A stretch of DNA of 64,000 nucleotides from Marsupella aquatica (taxonomy: Eukaryota; Plantae; Marchantiophyta), in contig OZ316897.1 in the NCBI GenBank assembly GCA_973895155.1, forward strand, positions 6,748,470-6,812,469. Direction: 5' to 3'. The position numbers and the translations under genes are program-made. The notes under the pieces are model-generated. The model had not been told where the DNA came from, searched no databases, and saw only the letters and a list, made by a program, of their open reading frames with translations. This document shows positions 45,844 to 59,163 of the stretch, piece after piece (positions within the stretch are counted from its first letter, which is position 1; each line of letters opens with the position of its first letter).

Positions 45844-48800
45844 GGGAGGGGCAGCCACTATAGGCGCTCCAACTGCTGGTGGACCTCTACCACCCCTACC
45901 ACCTCTACCACCTCCACCACCTTGGCCTCTCTGAGGTGCTCCACCACGACCTCGACCACCCATCCTCAACTCTGGGTATAGGTCAAAACAACGGTCTCGA
46001 GGATGACCTGCTCGACCACAATGATCACACTGCACATGGGCTGACTGAGATCCATCCTCTAAACTCCATCCCCCACTCTCCTAGGGACAAACCCTCCAGA
46101 CATGATCACCTCCACATGTCCAACACATTGATCCTTGCTGCTGGGCAGCATATGAAGGCAATGGTCTCTGCACACTCATCCCTCTGGAACCTGATTGAGG
46201 TCGTGCCGAACCTCCATGACTCCCACTACTACCACCACCACCACTACTACAAGACTATAAAATGGCTGGCTGAACACGAGAAGTAGTGGCTGTATCCCTA
46301 CTGAATGCAGATGTCACTACCCTCTCCTCCATCATGTTAAGCTCAATCTTCTCAGCCAAAACAAACACACGGGACAACGTGGGTGGATCATCACTCATCA
46401 GAGTAGCATCACATACCCTCCTCCGCAACTCTCTGTCCAAAATCCCATACCAGAACTGGACAGCCTGTGCCTCAGTCACACCTTGGGTAACTGAAATCAA
46501 ACGCCGCATACAAGTGTATGCCTCACGAAGACTCTCACCAGTCTTTCTCTCAAACTCCTGAAGACTCCTCAACTTCTCTCTCTTCACCCCCCGGTAGTTC
46601 TTCTTCAACCTCTTGAAGAACTCTGTAACTAGGTTGAACGAAGGTGGAGTGCTAGTGCCCCCACTAGTGCCTCCACTGGTGCCTCCACTAGCCGCTCCAC
46701 TAGTGCCTCCACTAGTACCAACACCACCCTGAGTGATAGACACATAGGCTGGAGACCAATGTTGTCTCCATGCCTCAATCTCAATAGCATGATCATTCCG
46801 GAACTCATGATAATCATCCATGGGAGGCCCCTCCAAGTGCTGAAACGACCCCTTCCATGCCAAGAAAGGTGTAAATAATATGGCGTTACGCAACATCTGC
46901 ATATCACACCATGTATCAAACTCCTGAATGAAGTCCTCCAACTCAATGGTGCCCATTGCCCCTAAGTAACGTCGTGGGCCCTTCATGGCCCCGTACATCC
47001 CGTCCATATCCCAAATCAATGGGGCTGCTATACTGGACAATACAACTGAAGACTTGATGTCTGGGACACCCTCGTCCTCGTCCTCATCAACTAACGGTAG
47101 TGGAAAAGGTAGCCGATACCTCAATCCACTCCGTGTAAAACCACCAATGTCAGCACCAAGGTCCCCAACAGGACCACCAAACTGCTCCGTGATGACAAGC
47201 CGCAACAGCACCACCACCAAGTAACGTCGATGTCGCCGTATTACTCTAGCCCTAATAGCTACATGGGTGTGGGCAACCTAACCTGTCATCACCACAAGCA
47301 ACCTCCCATGGTCTATTGGTCATTACTCCAGTCTCACCATGAGAGAAACATAGGTAGTCTGACTGGTCATCACTCCAACCTCACTACCGGTAGCACACTG
47401 GAGTAAAACTACTCCGGAAATCAGTGTCAGCCCTAACAATGGGCGCGCAAGCAAGAAGCAGCAATGGAGGGGATCCAAACACAGGAAGTCCAACGACAAC
47501 CCTCCAATCGCAAATGAAATACAAAACAGAAATCAAGGTAACACAATCCACCAACCATGGCGCCCCCTGAATCCACAAAACAAACCACACAATCCTAACG
47601 CAATGTAGCTACTCCGCTAGTAGTCTATGACGTGCTCCTCGCACTCCCAGCATTTGATAATGTCACCTGCATGGAAACGCTATCCACCACCATCCGCTAG
47701 GAATCCCAACACGGGTCCTAACGCAACCTAAAACGATGCATATATGGGGGAAAACGTCCAAATATTACACCAATTTCTCTAAGGCAGTCTATACACTAGC
47801 AGAATTCAGAACCTGCCAGTTAAGCGTCTTGCAGGCAGAATAGTGCAAAGATGGGTGACCAGTTATGCAACACAATAATCACAGAACTACTCACAAATCT
47901 GCAAAACTATCTCACGCCCAAGCAAGCAAGCTTGCTTGCTTGCTCCCTTGCTCCTTTTCTCCGCCTCTCACGCCCACTCGCCCTGAGCTACCACGAGTTG
48001 CCAACGAATCTGTCTGGACCAGAATTCAATTGGCCACCATAGCTATCTCTCCACAAGAAATCAACTACAACTGAGGTCTGTACTTCAAGCTAAAAATCGG
48101 ACAACATTTCGGCCTATACATTTCCAAAGTTGCACAGCACTTTCGCTCACGATCTATGAGCCACAACTAGGATAGCGCTTCTGCGCCATTGATCACACAA
48201 CACAGATCTGCACTTTGTCATCCAGATCTACTACCAATGCATTGAAATCCGGCAGCGCTTCCGCATAGATTCATCAATACAGAAATCTGCAACGGTCCCT
48301 CTCTAAACAACAATTCGCTCCACACACCAGAGCTAACTAGTTCTACACGATTGAATTGATGTTGCAAATCAGACAAGGATCAACATCAGAAACCTCTCAC
48401 CCAATCTGGATGACTTCCAACAGAGCTTCCGCACTCAAGCTTTCCAAATCTGAAAAACCGTCGAACACAAACCAGATTCTTCATTCTTTGATTACTTCCA
48501 ACTCGCTCGACCAAACCAGGCGATCTTTAGTGCGTTGGAAAGCTCTCAGCAACGCGCTTCTTCCCCACCCATACACGCACCAGATCCACGAACCACAATG
48601 TATCCACGGATGATGCTATCAAACAGCCTACCAGATCCTACTGATCTCTGAGCGAAGTTACAATCGATCACTACGAGTTCTTTGAGTGAAATCCATGAAA
48701 GACATACTGTCATAAAACACATAAGAACACACACAGTCAAGCCAAACCCACTCCACAATGGAGAATCTAGGTCAAAGCTAACGGGACACCATAGCAAGGA

Positions 48801-49049
48801 GCTCCACTCACTACCAAGGCTCTCCCAACGCCAAAGGCTCAACTCAAAGAACTAATCGTCCTTTGAGCCTCTCCACACTATACCCTCCAACCCTGAGGGC
48901 GGGTCCTACTAGAGGAGTCACCCTCAACAGGGCACCCCCTCTAACCCTCTACCATGGAACCAGACTCCTAACTAGGCACTACGGCCCATCTAAGGTATGG
49001 ACTCTGCTAGCACACTACATAGTCTAGCATGCTATGTATGGTCATGACA
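45844..49049 (-). mobile_element. 5' part of a diverged relative of the 21103-32700 element (terminal repeat candidate 48708-49049; gag 45844-47220)
   Basis: Gag is homologous (APL.WDMD.MYGA.KGPR, DFIQEFDTWCDM, GPPMDDYHEF, GVTEAQAVQFWY, CDHCG..GH..DRC). The 5' end reads TGTCATGACC on the - strand. Confidence 0.85.
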
Positions 49050-51128
49050 TCTTGGCGGGAACAGTTGGAGGTTGGCTGGTAGGGACAGGTCCCGGCAAAG
49101 TAGCCATATCCCAATCAAATGTGCTAGAGCTCTCTCTGAGGAAGGTGAGTTTTTGTGCTTCCTCCGATTGATAGTTGATCTTGTTCTCTCTCTGCTTGGC
49201 TGCAAGCTGCTGCTTGGCTGCAAGCTGCTGCTCAATGTAGCCTGGACTCTTATCAAACTATGCTTGTGTTAGCTTTTGGCCATCCTTCAACTTAAATTAC
49301 TCTGCTGGTACCACCAAAATTGCCTCCACTACAAACCCAAAGCCTTTGTTGTTGATGTACAACTCGGTAATGTAGTCTTGGGTCTTGTTGTATTCGGAAT
49401 CCTTGGTAAGAGCGACCTTCTCGTAGTTGATTTGTGCTACTTTATTAACCAATTTAATGTACCTTTGCTTGTACGCAGCCTTCTTGGGGCAAAAATACCA
49501 GTAAGTCTCTGATATTTTGGCTCTTACCTCCCTAAACAGGGTCTAGAATTCGAGAGCAATACGGGTCACACTAACCTTCTCAGTCTGTTAGTTGAGTTTG
49601 TCTCCCATGCCACCTTTGTTGTTGCAGTAATGCAGGTCTGCAATCTCTTGTGGAGAATTCTTGATTGTCTCTTTGTACTGCTCTTACTAGATCCCACTAC
49701 AATGCATGCTTATCCTTCGGTTTTCTTTGATAAAATGAGTACAATCAAGAGCAAAAATGGAGCATAAGTGCAAACCAACAGGGATCAAGCGACAACAATG
49801 GCAAGGCGCGAGGGACTTTGGGCGTGAGATTGTTGAGTACCCACAACCGCCATCTCTCAATTAAAAGTTGTTGAGTATAGACAACAATCTCAACGACAAG
49901 CCCATGAACCATTTAACGCACAAGAGTCGACACAGAGAGATATGTGGTTCACCTCCACATGAGGCTACGTCCACGGGAACACACATGAGCATTACTGCAC
50001 TCTAGGCCGACCGGCCATACCAAGCATCCACAGCGCAAGCTCTCTCTCTCTCTCAACTAGCTTCGTAACAATGAGCCTGAGTTCCTCCTCTCCAAGCAAA
50101 CACCGCTTGGTTATAGAGTGTGCACAGCATGACTAACATAACCAAGTCTGCGACTAAGGTTAGCCTTAACTATGGTACAGTTGCAACTCTAGACCTAAGA
50201 GTAAATCCTAACAATCTCCCCCTTGACTCTGGTCTAGGGGAGGGTAAAGATTGCTACCAATATGATTGCTCAGCGGGAAGTTTTGGAAAGAAAAAACCAA
50301 ACCGGTTTTTTCCCTCTTTATACGAGAGTAGATCGACCAGAACTAAGCCGTAGCCTGTACAAGGAATGAGCAAGAGCATATCTCAGTATCTACATAAATG
50401 TTAAGTAACCCTACTTGTGAGGCAATTGCAAAACCTGTAATGCATTACGGTGTCTAGAAAAACTCTCCAAAGGAATCACTTTGGTAAAAGCGTCAGCTGG
50501 GTTGAGTTTACCGAGTTTACCGTCAATCTTGACTAGCTCAAACATATTATTAGACACAACTTGACTGATATAATGGTACCTGATGTCGATGTGCTTCACT
50601 CTGCTATCCATCACCTGGTTCACAGCAAGGTGGAGCACACTCTGACTATCACAATGGAACTTCACATTCCCCTATGGCAATCCCATCTTAGTGATCAGTC
50701 TATCCAACCAAATCGCTTCCTTTACTGCTTTCGCTGTTGCAACATACTCCGCTTTTGTAGTAGACTGAGCAATACACTTCTGCAACTTAGTAGACCTTCA
50801 ACTTATGCATCAACCTCCCAGTGTGAACATATAACCTGTTGTTGACCTCCTCCAATCCAGATCCTGTGCATAGTCAGCATCTACATAGCCCATCAATGAT
50901 CTAGCATTATTAGCATGTGCATCAAACAATAGACCATGATCCACGGTACCCTTCAAGTACCAAATAATCCACTTCACTGCTTCCCAGTGTACCTTCCGTG
51001 GATTCGACATGTACCTGCTCACCTTGCCCATAGCCATGGCAAGATCAGGTCTAGTGCAAGTCATCAAATACATGAGACTCCCCACTACTTTGTCATAAGG
51101 AACCTTTGACATCAGCCCCTTCTCTATC

Positions 51129-52619
51129 AGTCGCGGAACTCAACTACCTTAACACTTAGCTCCGGCGTCGCTGACTTCGACGCCGAGTTCCCTTATGGTT
51201 CAAGCCCGGATAGGCCATTCGGGGAGGACTTAGCATGGGGAGACTTGTGGGCAATGAGACGTGGCACTGGCGAGGCAAGGGGCCAAGCTGGGACTCAAGC
51301 TAAGGACTTGGACTAGCCTATGGCTGGTCGGGTCAAGGGAAAATGGGCCGGGCTCAAGGATGGCCGTCCGGACCATCGGATGGACTTTGAGTTCTGAGGG
51401 CTTGGGAGTGAGCTCCTCTTGGGCCCAAGGCCAATGGAGTTGACGCCATTGGTAACGGACGCTTGGGGCGCAAGTTGTGGCCCAATCCGGGTTGGGCCGG
51501 TCGGGGGCCCCAAGTGGCAATCAGACCTGAGGGCCTAGGCATGAGCACCGGGTCGGCCCGGTCACAACGGGCTAAGGCACTCCGCTTGCGGATGCCTATC
51601 AAGAAAGTTATGGGCGTTGCCAGTTGGTGGCGCGCCCATTATGCGCGATGGGATCTGGGTTGGGGCCAAATCTTTCGGGACCAAAGCTGGTCCGGGGGTG
51701 GCAGGTCTCCAGAAGCATATATGAGGGGAGTGGTGTCTCCCAGGGGGCTAAGGGCGAGCCGAAGTCATGAGCCGCGGCGGTCGCGACACTAAAGGAAACC
51801 GCCAAACGGAAATGACGATATCTTTCTAGCAGGAAGTCCGTTGGAGGACTTCTTAGGTGCGTTGGAAAGCTCTCGAGGAGGGCTACGCCCTCATGAGCTC
51901 AGATGGGTCTGGGGGTACCATGGGTTCTCGTGGTGTGTGGGTGTTAGCTCGCCCGCTTGCCAAATCCTGCCGAACAGCAGCCAAGCCGCGTTCAGCCTCC
52001 CAAGGGAGCCTGCGTTGGGGAGGCAAGGCCAAATAGGTATGGAGGCTGAGCCCCAAGGGCGCTTGGTCCCTAGACCATTAGTGGGGCAAACCGGGAGTGG
52101 GAGTTAGAGTCGGGGCCGTTCTGGTCCCGGCGTGTTGAGACAAGCTTGGGATAAGCTTTAGGACGAGCTATGCTCTTTGGGCCATGAGCATGTCCTGAGG
52201 TCAAGGCGGTCAGTTGGTGATGGATAGGTACGACGGGGAACCCGGGCTGCGCCCAAGGAAGGAGTTGTCCTGGACGGACAGTGGGCGTGGGTTCTGGTTC
52301 CGACTTATGGCATCGGGAGGACCTATCGCTGACCTATTTACCAACGTCTGTTGAGCTTGAGTTAGGATGCTAGACTTGACGAGTTCTAGATCCGGAGGGG
52401 TTACTTACCGAGATGCTTGGTTGCTTGTGCAGACGGTGAGGACCGTTGAGTAGCGGTCGTGTAGGTGAGCAAGTGCAGCTTTGTATAGGAGGGGCCGCAG
52501 GTGGTGCTAGAGGCACTTGGGTGCTTGCTCGAGGTATTCCGTGGAGGCGTTCGGGCACCAACGGCACTTAGGCGCAAGTGTTGGGATTGGTGAGGGCGTT
52601 GGTGGCGAGGTCCACCACT
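51129..52619 (-). mobile_element. Solo-LTR-like insertion with AGT...ACT termini (copy 2) inside Copia RT
   Basis: The - strand begins AGTGGTGGACCTCG and ends TTCCGCGACT, with CTATC on both sides (51124-51128, 52620-52624). Removing the insert and one TSD copy restores CPTDEIEKGLMSKVPY. Confidence 0.85.
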
Positions 52620-52771
52620 CTATCTCATCCGTAGGACAAAAAGCTGATGACAACTTGAAATGTGGAGCCAATGGGGTACTTACTGGCTTGCTATCCCCTC
52701 TGTTGAACCTTGCAATTACCTTCCTTGCAATTACCTTCCTTGCATAACTACACTGCGTCAACCATACCTTG

Positions 52772-55197
52772 TGTCACGCGATTGACATGGGTCTTAACAC
52801 CAAAAATGTCACTATGGGTGCCAAAACCATCTCCTTGTACCTGAGGATCACGAAGGGATGTTGTGAAGGCCGGTAAACACCAATTTATGCCCTTAACTCC
52901 AGACTATCATAGCAAGACTCTATCACACATCACCCAAGCTCAATCCCAAGGAACGAAGGTTGGGGATCAGATCTGCACTCATGATAGTTCTGGTGAGAAG
53001 GGGTCTTCATATCGGGCCCGTACACACAGGGCCTAGCGCTACGGTGCGCATAGGTCTATACTTATGCTTACTGTCATAGGTATGTTTCTATTCCGCCGCC
53101 AGAATGTACCCATAAACCAGTGACTCCTGACTGATTCCCGGCTTAGGGACTTCTAAGCCATTGCCCCACCACTCTGCCATTCCACTCTCAGCAATCAGAG
53201 CTATGACAGTCCTCACCCAGCCCGCTTCAATGCACCCTGTACACCTCTCAGTGGTGCTGCTAGTCCCATCATACACTCAGATTGCCTCACACACACACAC
53301 ATCCATGAGAGAAATGAGGCCTGAGAGGAAAACTCAATTAGATTCAAAGATGTGCACAATAGTTCACTGAGAACACTTGATCCGAACACTAGGGCCGAAT
53401 GCTGTCTCCTCCAGATTGTGACATGCTTGCCCCGCAAGCCCCATGCTTGCCATGCAAGCTCAATCCTGAACCTGAGCCCGACTCACTCCAGATTGCGACG
53501 GCAGATTGGACTCAAACCAATCCCGTACTTGCCTTGCAAACTCAATCCTGAACTCAACCTCCTTCACTGCACGTCATTCTTGGGGGCACATACAGATCTC
53601 ACACCTCCAATTCAGATTGTCAAGTTACGCATGCATAGTTGACTCGACTTCAAAGCTGGTACCAGGCCTAACAACGATCTATCCTAGACTGCAATGAGGC
53701 CCGGCCTCACGCTTGCCCTGCAAGCTCAGCTCTGGCCATAAATCCCTTAGTGCTCTCTACCAGACAAAGGCCGAGACTCCCCATGGATCACGTAGCCTTG
53801 CCAGACTGAACTGTAAATGCTCCTCCTGCTGCCCCTCAATCAGGGTCTCAGCCTCCCTAATGTGCTCACCACAAATCAAATTGACATCCTCCCCACAGTT
53901 TACAATCACCAATACATCACCTATCCCCAAGGCTCTGTATCGGGGGAAAAGAACCCAGTTGTGCTGCCCACTAGAAAGAGCCACAATCCAGCTCGCAAAC
54001 CTAGCAACCCGTTGCTGTGAAGCTTGGCTGATTACTCCCTGAGTAATAGCACAACCAAGCTCTTCCCAACACGCAGCGTCCAAGTCCAGCCTTGCTTGCA
54101 CAGAGCTCCTCCCTGCTGCTTAGTCTAAGTGAGATCACACAACTGAAGTCCCCCCTGCCTCTATCGGGGGCTGCTCTATATACTCTCATACTGAGCCCAA
54201 ATGGGTGGATACTACGTTGTTGGAGCCCCATCCCAGCCCTAACAGAGCCGCCACTATCTCTAACTACTGAACCCTAACTCGCAACTTTATTTCTATCTCG
54301 AATTGGCTATGTACTTCGGATTCGGCTCTCCTCCATGGTTTTTGCGAGCTTGCGCCTCCTCTCCCGATTTCTCTATTCAACCATTTGCTACGTGGATAGC
54401 AGCGTTGGAAGCGGCTTGAGCTCCTCTTTCCAACGAGGTCAATTATAGTCAATTTGGTCAAATACACAGAGAGTTATGCCCCCGCAACCGAGAGGGGGTA
54501 CTCATTGCTGCGCTAACCCGAGTTACATAGCTAACCCGAGTTTGGCTAACCTAGCTATCCTATCTAACCCGAGTAGAGCTAACCCGTGGTCTCGGGTTAG
54601 GCCGCTACCCGCTATCCGCTATCCGCTAACCTAGCCTAAGCTGAGCCCGAATCCGAGCTTACCTATGTTAACCTGAGGCCGCGCTGACCTGAGCTAAGCT
54701 GAAGCCGTTCTTACCTGAGATAAGTTGAAGCCATGCTTACCTAAGCTAAGCTGAAGCCGTGCTTACCTGAGCTAAACTGAAGCTGTGCTGACCTGAGCTA
54801 AGCTGAAACCGTGCTCACATAAGCTAAGCCGTGGTCGAGCTTGGGTTAACCCGAAACTGAAGCCGAATCCACTAATTTCGGCCACAAGTTAACCCGTCAC
54901 ACTAATCAGGCCGTATCTTTCTTAATACACCTTCGTTTCTCAAGTGTTTTATATCGATTTTACTCGCCTTGACCAGATCTTTCCAATGCTCTTTACAGAT
55001 CTGGATTTGGTGACATATTGAAAGAGATATGGTCATCAACCACCCGCGACATAGCTTTTATTTCCCTACTCTTAACGCCATGATTGCCCTTATTCTTGCC
55101 ATCTTGCTAATTGTTATGCAATATCAATAGCTACTCCTTGCATACAGCAACCTACTTAATCAAATTACAAAATAAGGACCATGTCATTGGCGTCACA
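52772..55197. mobile_element. Solo LTR (2.4 kb, TGTCAC...GTCACA) inside Copia RT
   Basis: CCTTG TSD at 52767-52771 and 55198-55202. Removing the insert restores EVGKVWLTQCSY. Confidence 0.9.
54510..54865 (+). repeat. Minisatellite in solo LTR: gctaacccgag units, then about 26-bp gccgtgcttacctgagctaagctgaa units
   Basis: Directly visible; about 6 copies of the 26-mer. Confidence 0.85.
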
Positions 55198-58100
55198 CCT
55201 TGCCAACCTCCAAGTCCCTAGTGATCTCCATACCCAAAATCCTCTTAGCTGGCCCTAAGTCCTTCATCTTAAACTCTGCACTAAGTAGTGCCTTGAGCTT
55301 AACAATCTCAGACCTATCCTTGGCCGCAATAAGCATGTCATCCACATAAAGTACTAAAATAATGAACCCAAAGACAACATCATTCACCGGTTTAAGATAC
55401 ACACAAGGGTCAAACACACTCTTGTGAAAGCCTGGTGCATGAATCAATCATCAAACCGGTTATTCCATTGTCTTGGTGACTGCTTGAACCCGTACAAGGA
55501 TCTCAACAATCTACAAACCAAATCCTCTTGCCCTTTCTTCAAAAAATCTAGCGGCTCTCTCATGAAGATCACCTCTTAAAAGGTGCCATAGAGGAAAGTT
55601 GTGACAACATCCATCTGATCTAGCAGCATACCAAACATTACAACAAGCACACACAATAGCCGTATTGTTGAGTACTTAGCAACTGGTGAGAATCTGACCT
55701 CATTGTAATCCATACATTTTTCCTCTGTGAATCCCTTGGCTACCAATCTAGTCTTGTAGACCTTTGATCCACCTCCTGTGAACTGATCCTTCAGCTTGTA
55801 TATCCACCACTTGTTGTCCTTCAGGTGGCTTGACAAGCTCCCAAGTTTTGTTGTCCTTCAGTGATTGCATCTCCGTTTGCATTGCTACAGTCCACTCTTG
55901 CTTCTCCTTAGAAGCACTTGCCTCATGAAATGAAGAAGGTTCCCCTTCTTCCAATATCAACGCATCACCCTCATCGTCAGTAACAAAATCCTCCTCTTGC
56001 AACTGAGATGAATCAACCCACTGTCCATACCTTGGTGGAGCGCATACAATGTGACCAGATGTTCTTCTAGCCGATGACTCCGGTTTGATCTACGTGTGCT
56101 GGTACAATCTTAAGCTCAGCAACATCCACTTGCTGCTCACCAACATCAACAAACTCCTCTGGTTCCTCTGGCACATGAACCAACTCCATAATTGGAGCAA
56201 CTCCATAATTGGAGCAACTCCTTCTCGGTATTTCCCCTCTCCTTCAATAATCTGGATTCATTGAAGAAAACATCCCTATTGACAATGAGCTTACAAGCAA
56301 TAGGATCCCATAGCCGATAGGCCTTCACACCACTCTAGTACCCAAGAAAAACACATTTCTTGGAGGTAGGATCCAACTTGGTCCTATTCTACTTTGGTGT
56401 GAGAGCATATGCATCACTTCTAAAAACTACCAAGCCATGATAGTCTGCTTGTCGCTTATAGCACATCTCAAACGGCATTTTGAAATTGATAGCACTAGAA
56501 GGAGAAAGATTTACCAAATAAGTTGCAGTATTGACAGCTTCTGCCCAAAATTCCTGTGGTAAACCTAATTGGCTCAACATACTTCGTGACTGCTCCAATA
56601 GTGTCCGATTGAGCCTCTCAACGACACCATCCTGCTGCAGAGTATAAACTATGATGAGATGCCGAGTTATCCCCTATTTTGAACAATACTCTTTAAATTC
56701 CACTGAAGTGTACTCCCCGTCGTTGATAGACCTCAGACTCTTCACCCTTGTATCCAAACACTTGACCGTGTTTCCAGTCTGATTCTCCACTTGGGCCTTC
56801 CACTTCTTAAAAATCGACAAGACATCAGATTTATGCATCATGAAATAAATCCATACAAATCTTGAGTAATTGTCAATAAATGATACATAGTACAACTTTC
56901 CAAAGTGTGAGGGAGTCGGGGATGGACCCCACACGTCACTATGTATGTACTCAAGAACCGCCTTGGTACGATGAGTTCCAACACCGAAAGCATGATGATG
57001 CTGCTTTCCAAGAATGCAATGCTCACAAAACTCTAATTTACAAGATTGCAAATCAGAAATGAGTCCATTCTTCCGTAAGATAGCCAAACCCTTCTCACTC
57101 ATGTGACCTAGCCGTGAATGTCATAGGTGAGTTATCTCCTTGTGAGACTTGGTTACATTGGCCTCTCCATATAAATATTGCCCTGCAACACATACAAATC
57201 CTTTTGTTTGCTTCCCTTCAAAATCACCGTCTCTCTTGACCTGACTTGAAGTTCACCATCAATAACGCTCCATTGATGACCATTTGAATCCAACACATCG
57301 AGTGAAATCAAATTCTTACGCATGCCAGGTATATACCTGACTCCGGACACTGTGCGCATAGCGCCATCAAACATTTGAATCTTCACAAACCCAATACCCT
57401 TAATTTGACAGGATTGATCATTTCCCATCAGAACTGAACCGTTTGAAACAGAGTAAGAACTGAAAAACTCACAAATATAACAAATGTGAAAAAAGCAAGC
57501 ACAATCAAGAATCCACACATTATCTGCTCTCCTAGATGACGTGCACAGGGCATACCCCTAGCTTCATAATACATACTCATCATTGAGTAAATCAGCATCT
57601 CCATCAGCCCTAGCCACATTTGCCGATGAAGATTCAATTGCCTTGAATAACCTAAAACTACACAACTCTTGCAAAATGTCCATTTCAAATTAGGGTATTT
57701 TGGTTAATATATAGAAACTCTTGGGCCAATGCATGACTCGCTAGTTGCATACAACTGCAGAATAAAATTTGTATGAAACATGATAAGTATGCGCTCGAGG
57801 TTGTTGACCCCATCAGTTATCAGCCACCCATATCAGTGAATCTCAGCGGCCTCACCAAACTTGAACATCAATTGGTGGTTGTCTTTTTCCTCTCTGAAGC
57901 CAAGCCTAGTTGGAAAATTACCACTCAGTTGACCTTACTAAGCAATAGGCTGCCTGTGTGAGCACTCTGCTGACCTGGCTGAGTAGGAAAATTTTGCATA
58001 CAAAAGAGTGATGGGAGCAACTGACACCAAATATTGGCAACTGATGAGTGATGGGATTGCGATACTATATGCATACCAAGGGTATCATCCATCTGAAACC

Positions 58101-59163
58101 TTTTAAAAAAAAATTAAGGGGAAATTTGTAAAACCCCGGAGACAGGGAACAGTCATTCATAACATTTGAACCCAAGAGAGTCTCCACTCAAGTGAGCTAC
58201 CACACGGGCTACCACACATCCATGCCTTGCTGGGTGGCAGACCATCTGAAGGGTAGACCACATTCGCCTTCTGAACTTGCTCTTTCCCAGTATCCATCCT
58301 TGTAAGAGAAACTCTTGTTCAAGCCAAAGCGGACAAATGACCTGGCCCAAATTTCAGCATTTTCACTCAGGATGTTGGTCGCAAGTTTTTATCAGCCACG
58401 ACCTCGATTGCTTCCCTTTTGATCACCAGTTCCTTACCAAGTTCTAACTCAAACTCCTCTTTAGCATCCTCAAATTCATCATCCACTTCCATTTTGACTC
58501 TTCACATAGGTTTGAGACTCCACAATTTCTGACTCTCAGGGCTCCCCCATCAAAGTGTGAGGACCCTCCTTGTAAAATAATCCATTTCCTCTTGGATCCC
58601 TCCAATATTGCTTCTTGGATCTCTAGCCTCATGCTACCAAACAACTCAGCATTGGTTACAACCTACGGGTACATAGCCAGATCCACATCCCTACCAAGCA
58701 CCCAGCTTGGATCCTATTTGATCAGCTTCTCTTTAGCAGGTTCCTTTCCACTCGATTCGTCCTCTTTGAATTTGACTATTTTCTCTTTGTCTCGCCTTTC
58801 TTGCTCTTGAGATTGCAATGGTGACTCACTCTCCTTAGTCTTCTTTCACTTTGATTTGACTATAGCATCCAAAGTTGCCCCAACCTCAACCGTTATCGCA
58901 TTGTGTGATGCCTAGCCAGGAATCACTAGGCCAATCTAAATGATAAAATAAGGAGGAAACCCTGGAAACACATTAACTGTGTAGTAGCAAAAAGATGGAA
59001 AATATAAACAATTAAGGGTGGCTATGGAACCCGAGCCGAGGCCGGAAGTAAAAATGTTGGGGGAGGGAACACGATTAGGGTTAGGGCGCGCTAAGTGCCG
59101 GCGGCTATAGGTAACTAACGGGAAGGAAGACCAGTCGGGGAGGGGTAAGGATCGATCGCAAGG

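Larger units (their letters stand above)
50411..57518 (-). pseudogene. Copia pol: protease, integrase, RT, RNase H
   Basis: WILDCAC, CEHCILGKQH, IHSDVWGP, RLVAKGF, QMDVVTTFL, LYVDDML, MKDLGPAKRILG, GSLMYLMTCTRPDL, GYVDADY, KHIDIRYH, NPADAFTK. Confidence 0.96.
49869..57640 (-). mobile_element. Ty1/Copia retrotransposon, 5'-truncated, with two nested insertions; 3' LTR about 49869-50213
   Basis: On the - strand the PPT tcaagggggagat is followed by TGTTAG at 50213. Domain order is PR-GAG_pre-INT-RT-RH. Confidence 0.92.

Noticed and set aside
51129-52619. Helitron (terminal hairpin)
   Set aside because: It has a target-site duplication and lacks TC...CTRR ends.
54510-54865. CRISPR-like array
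   Set aside because: Units are adjacent with no unique spacers, there are no cas genes and the context is eukaryotic; this is a minisatellite in an LTR.
57640-58900. Coding-like relic on the - strand, and the missing Copia 5' LTR
   Set aside because: No match to the 3' LTR and no assignable domain, so it is left unannotated.
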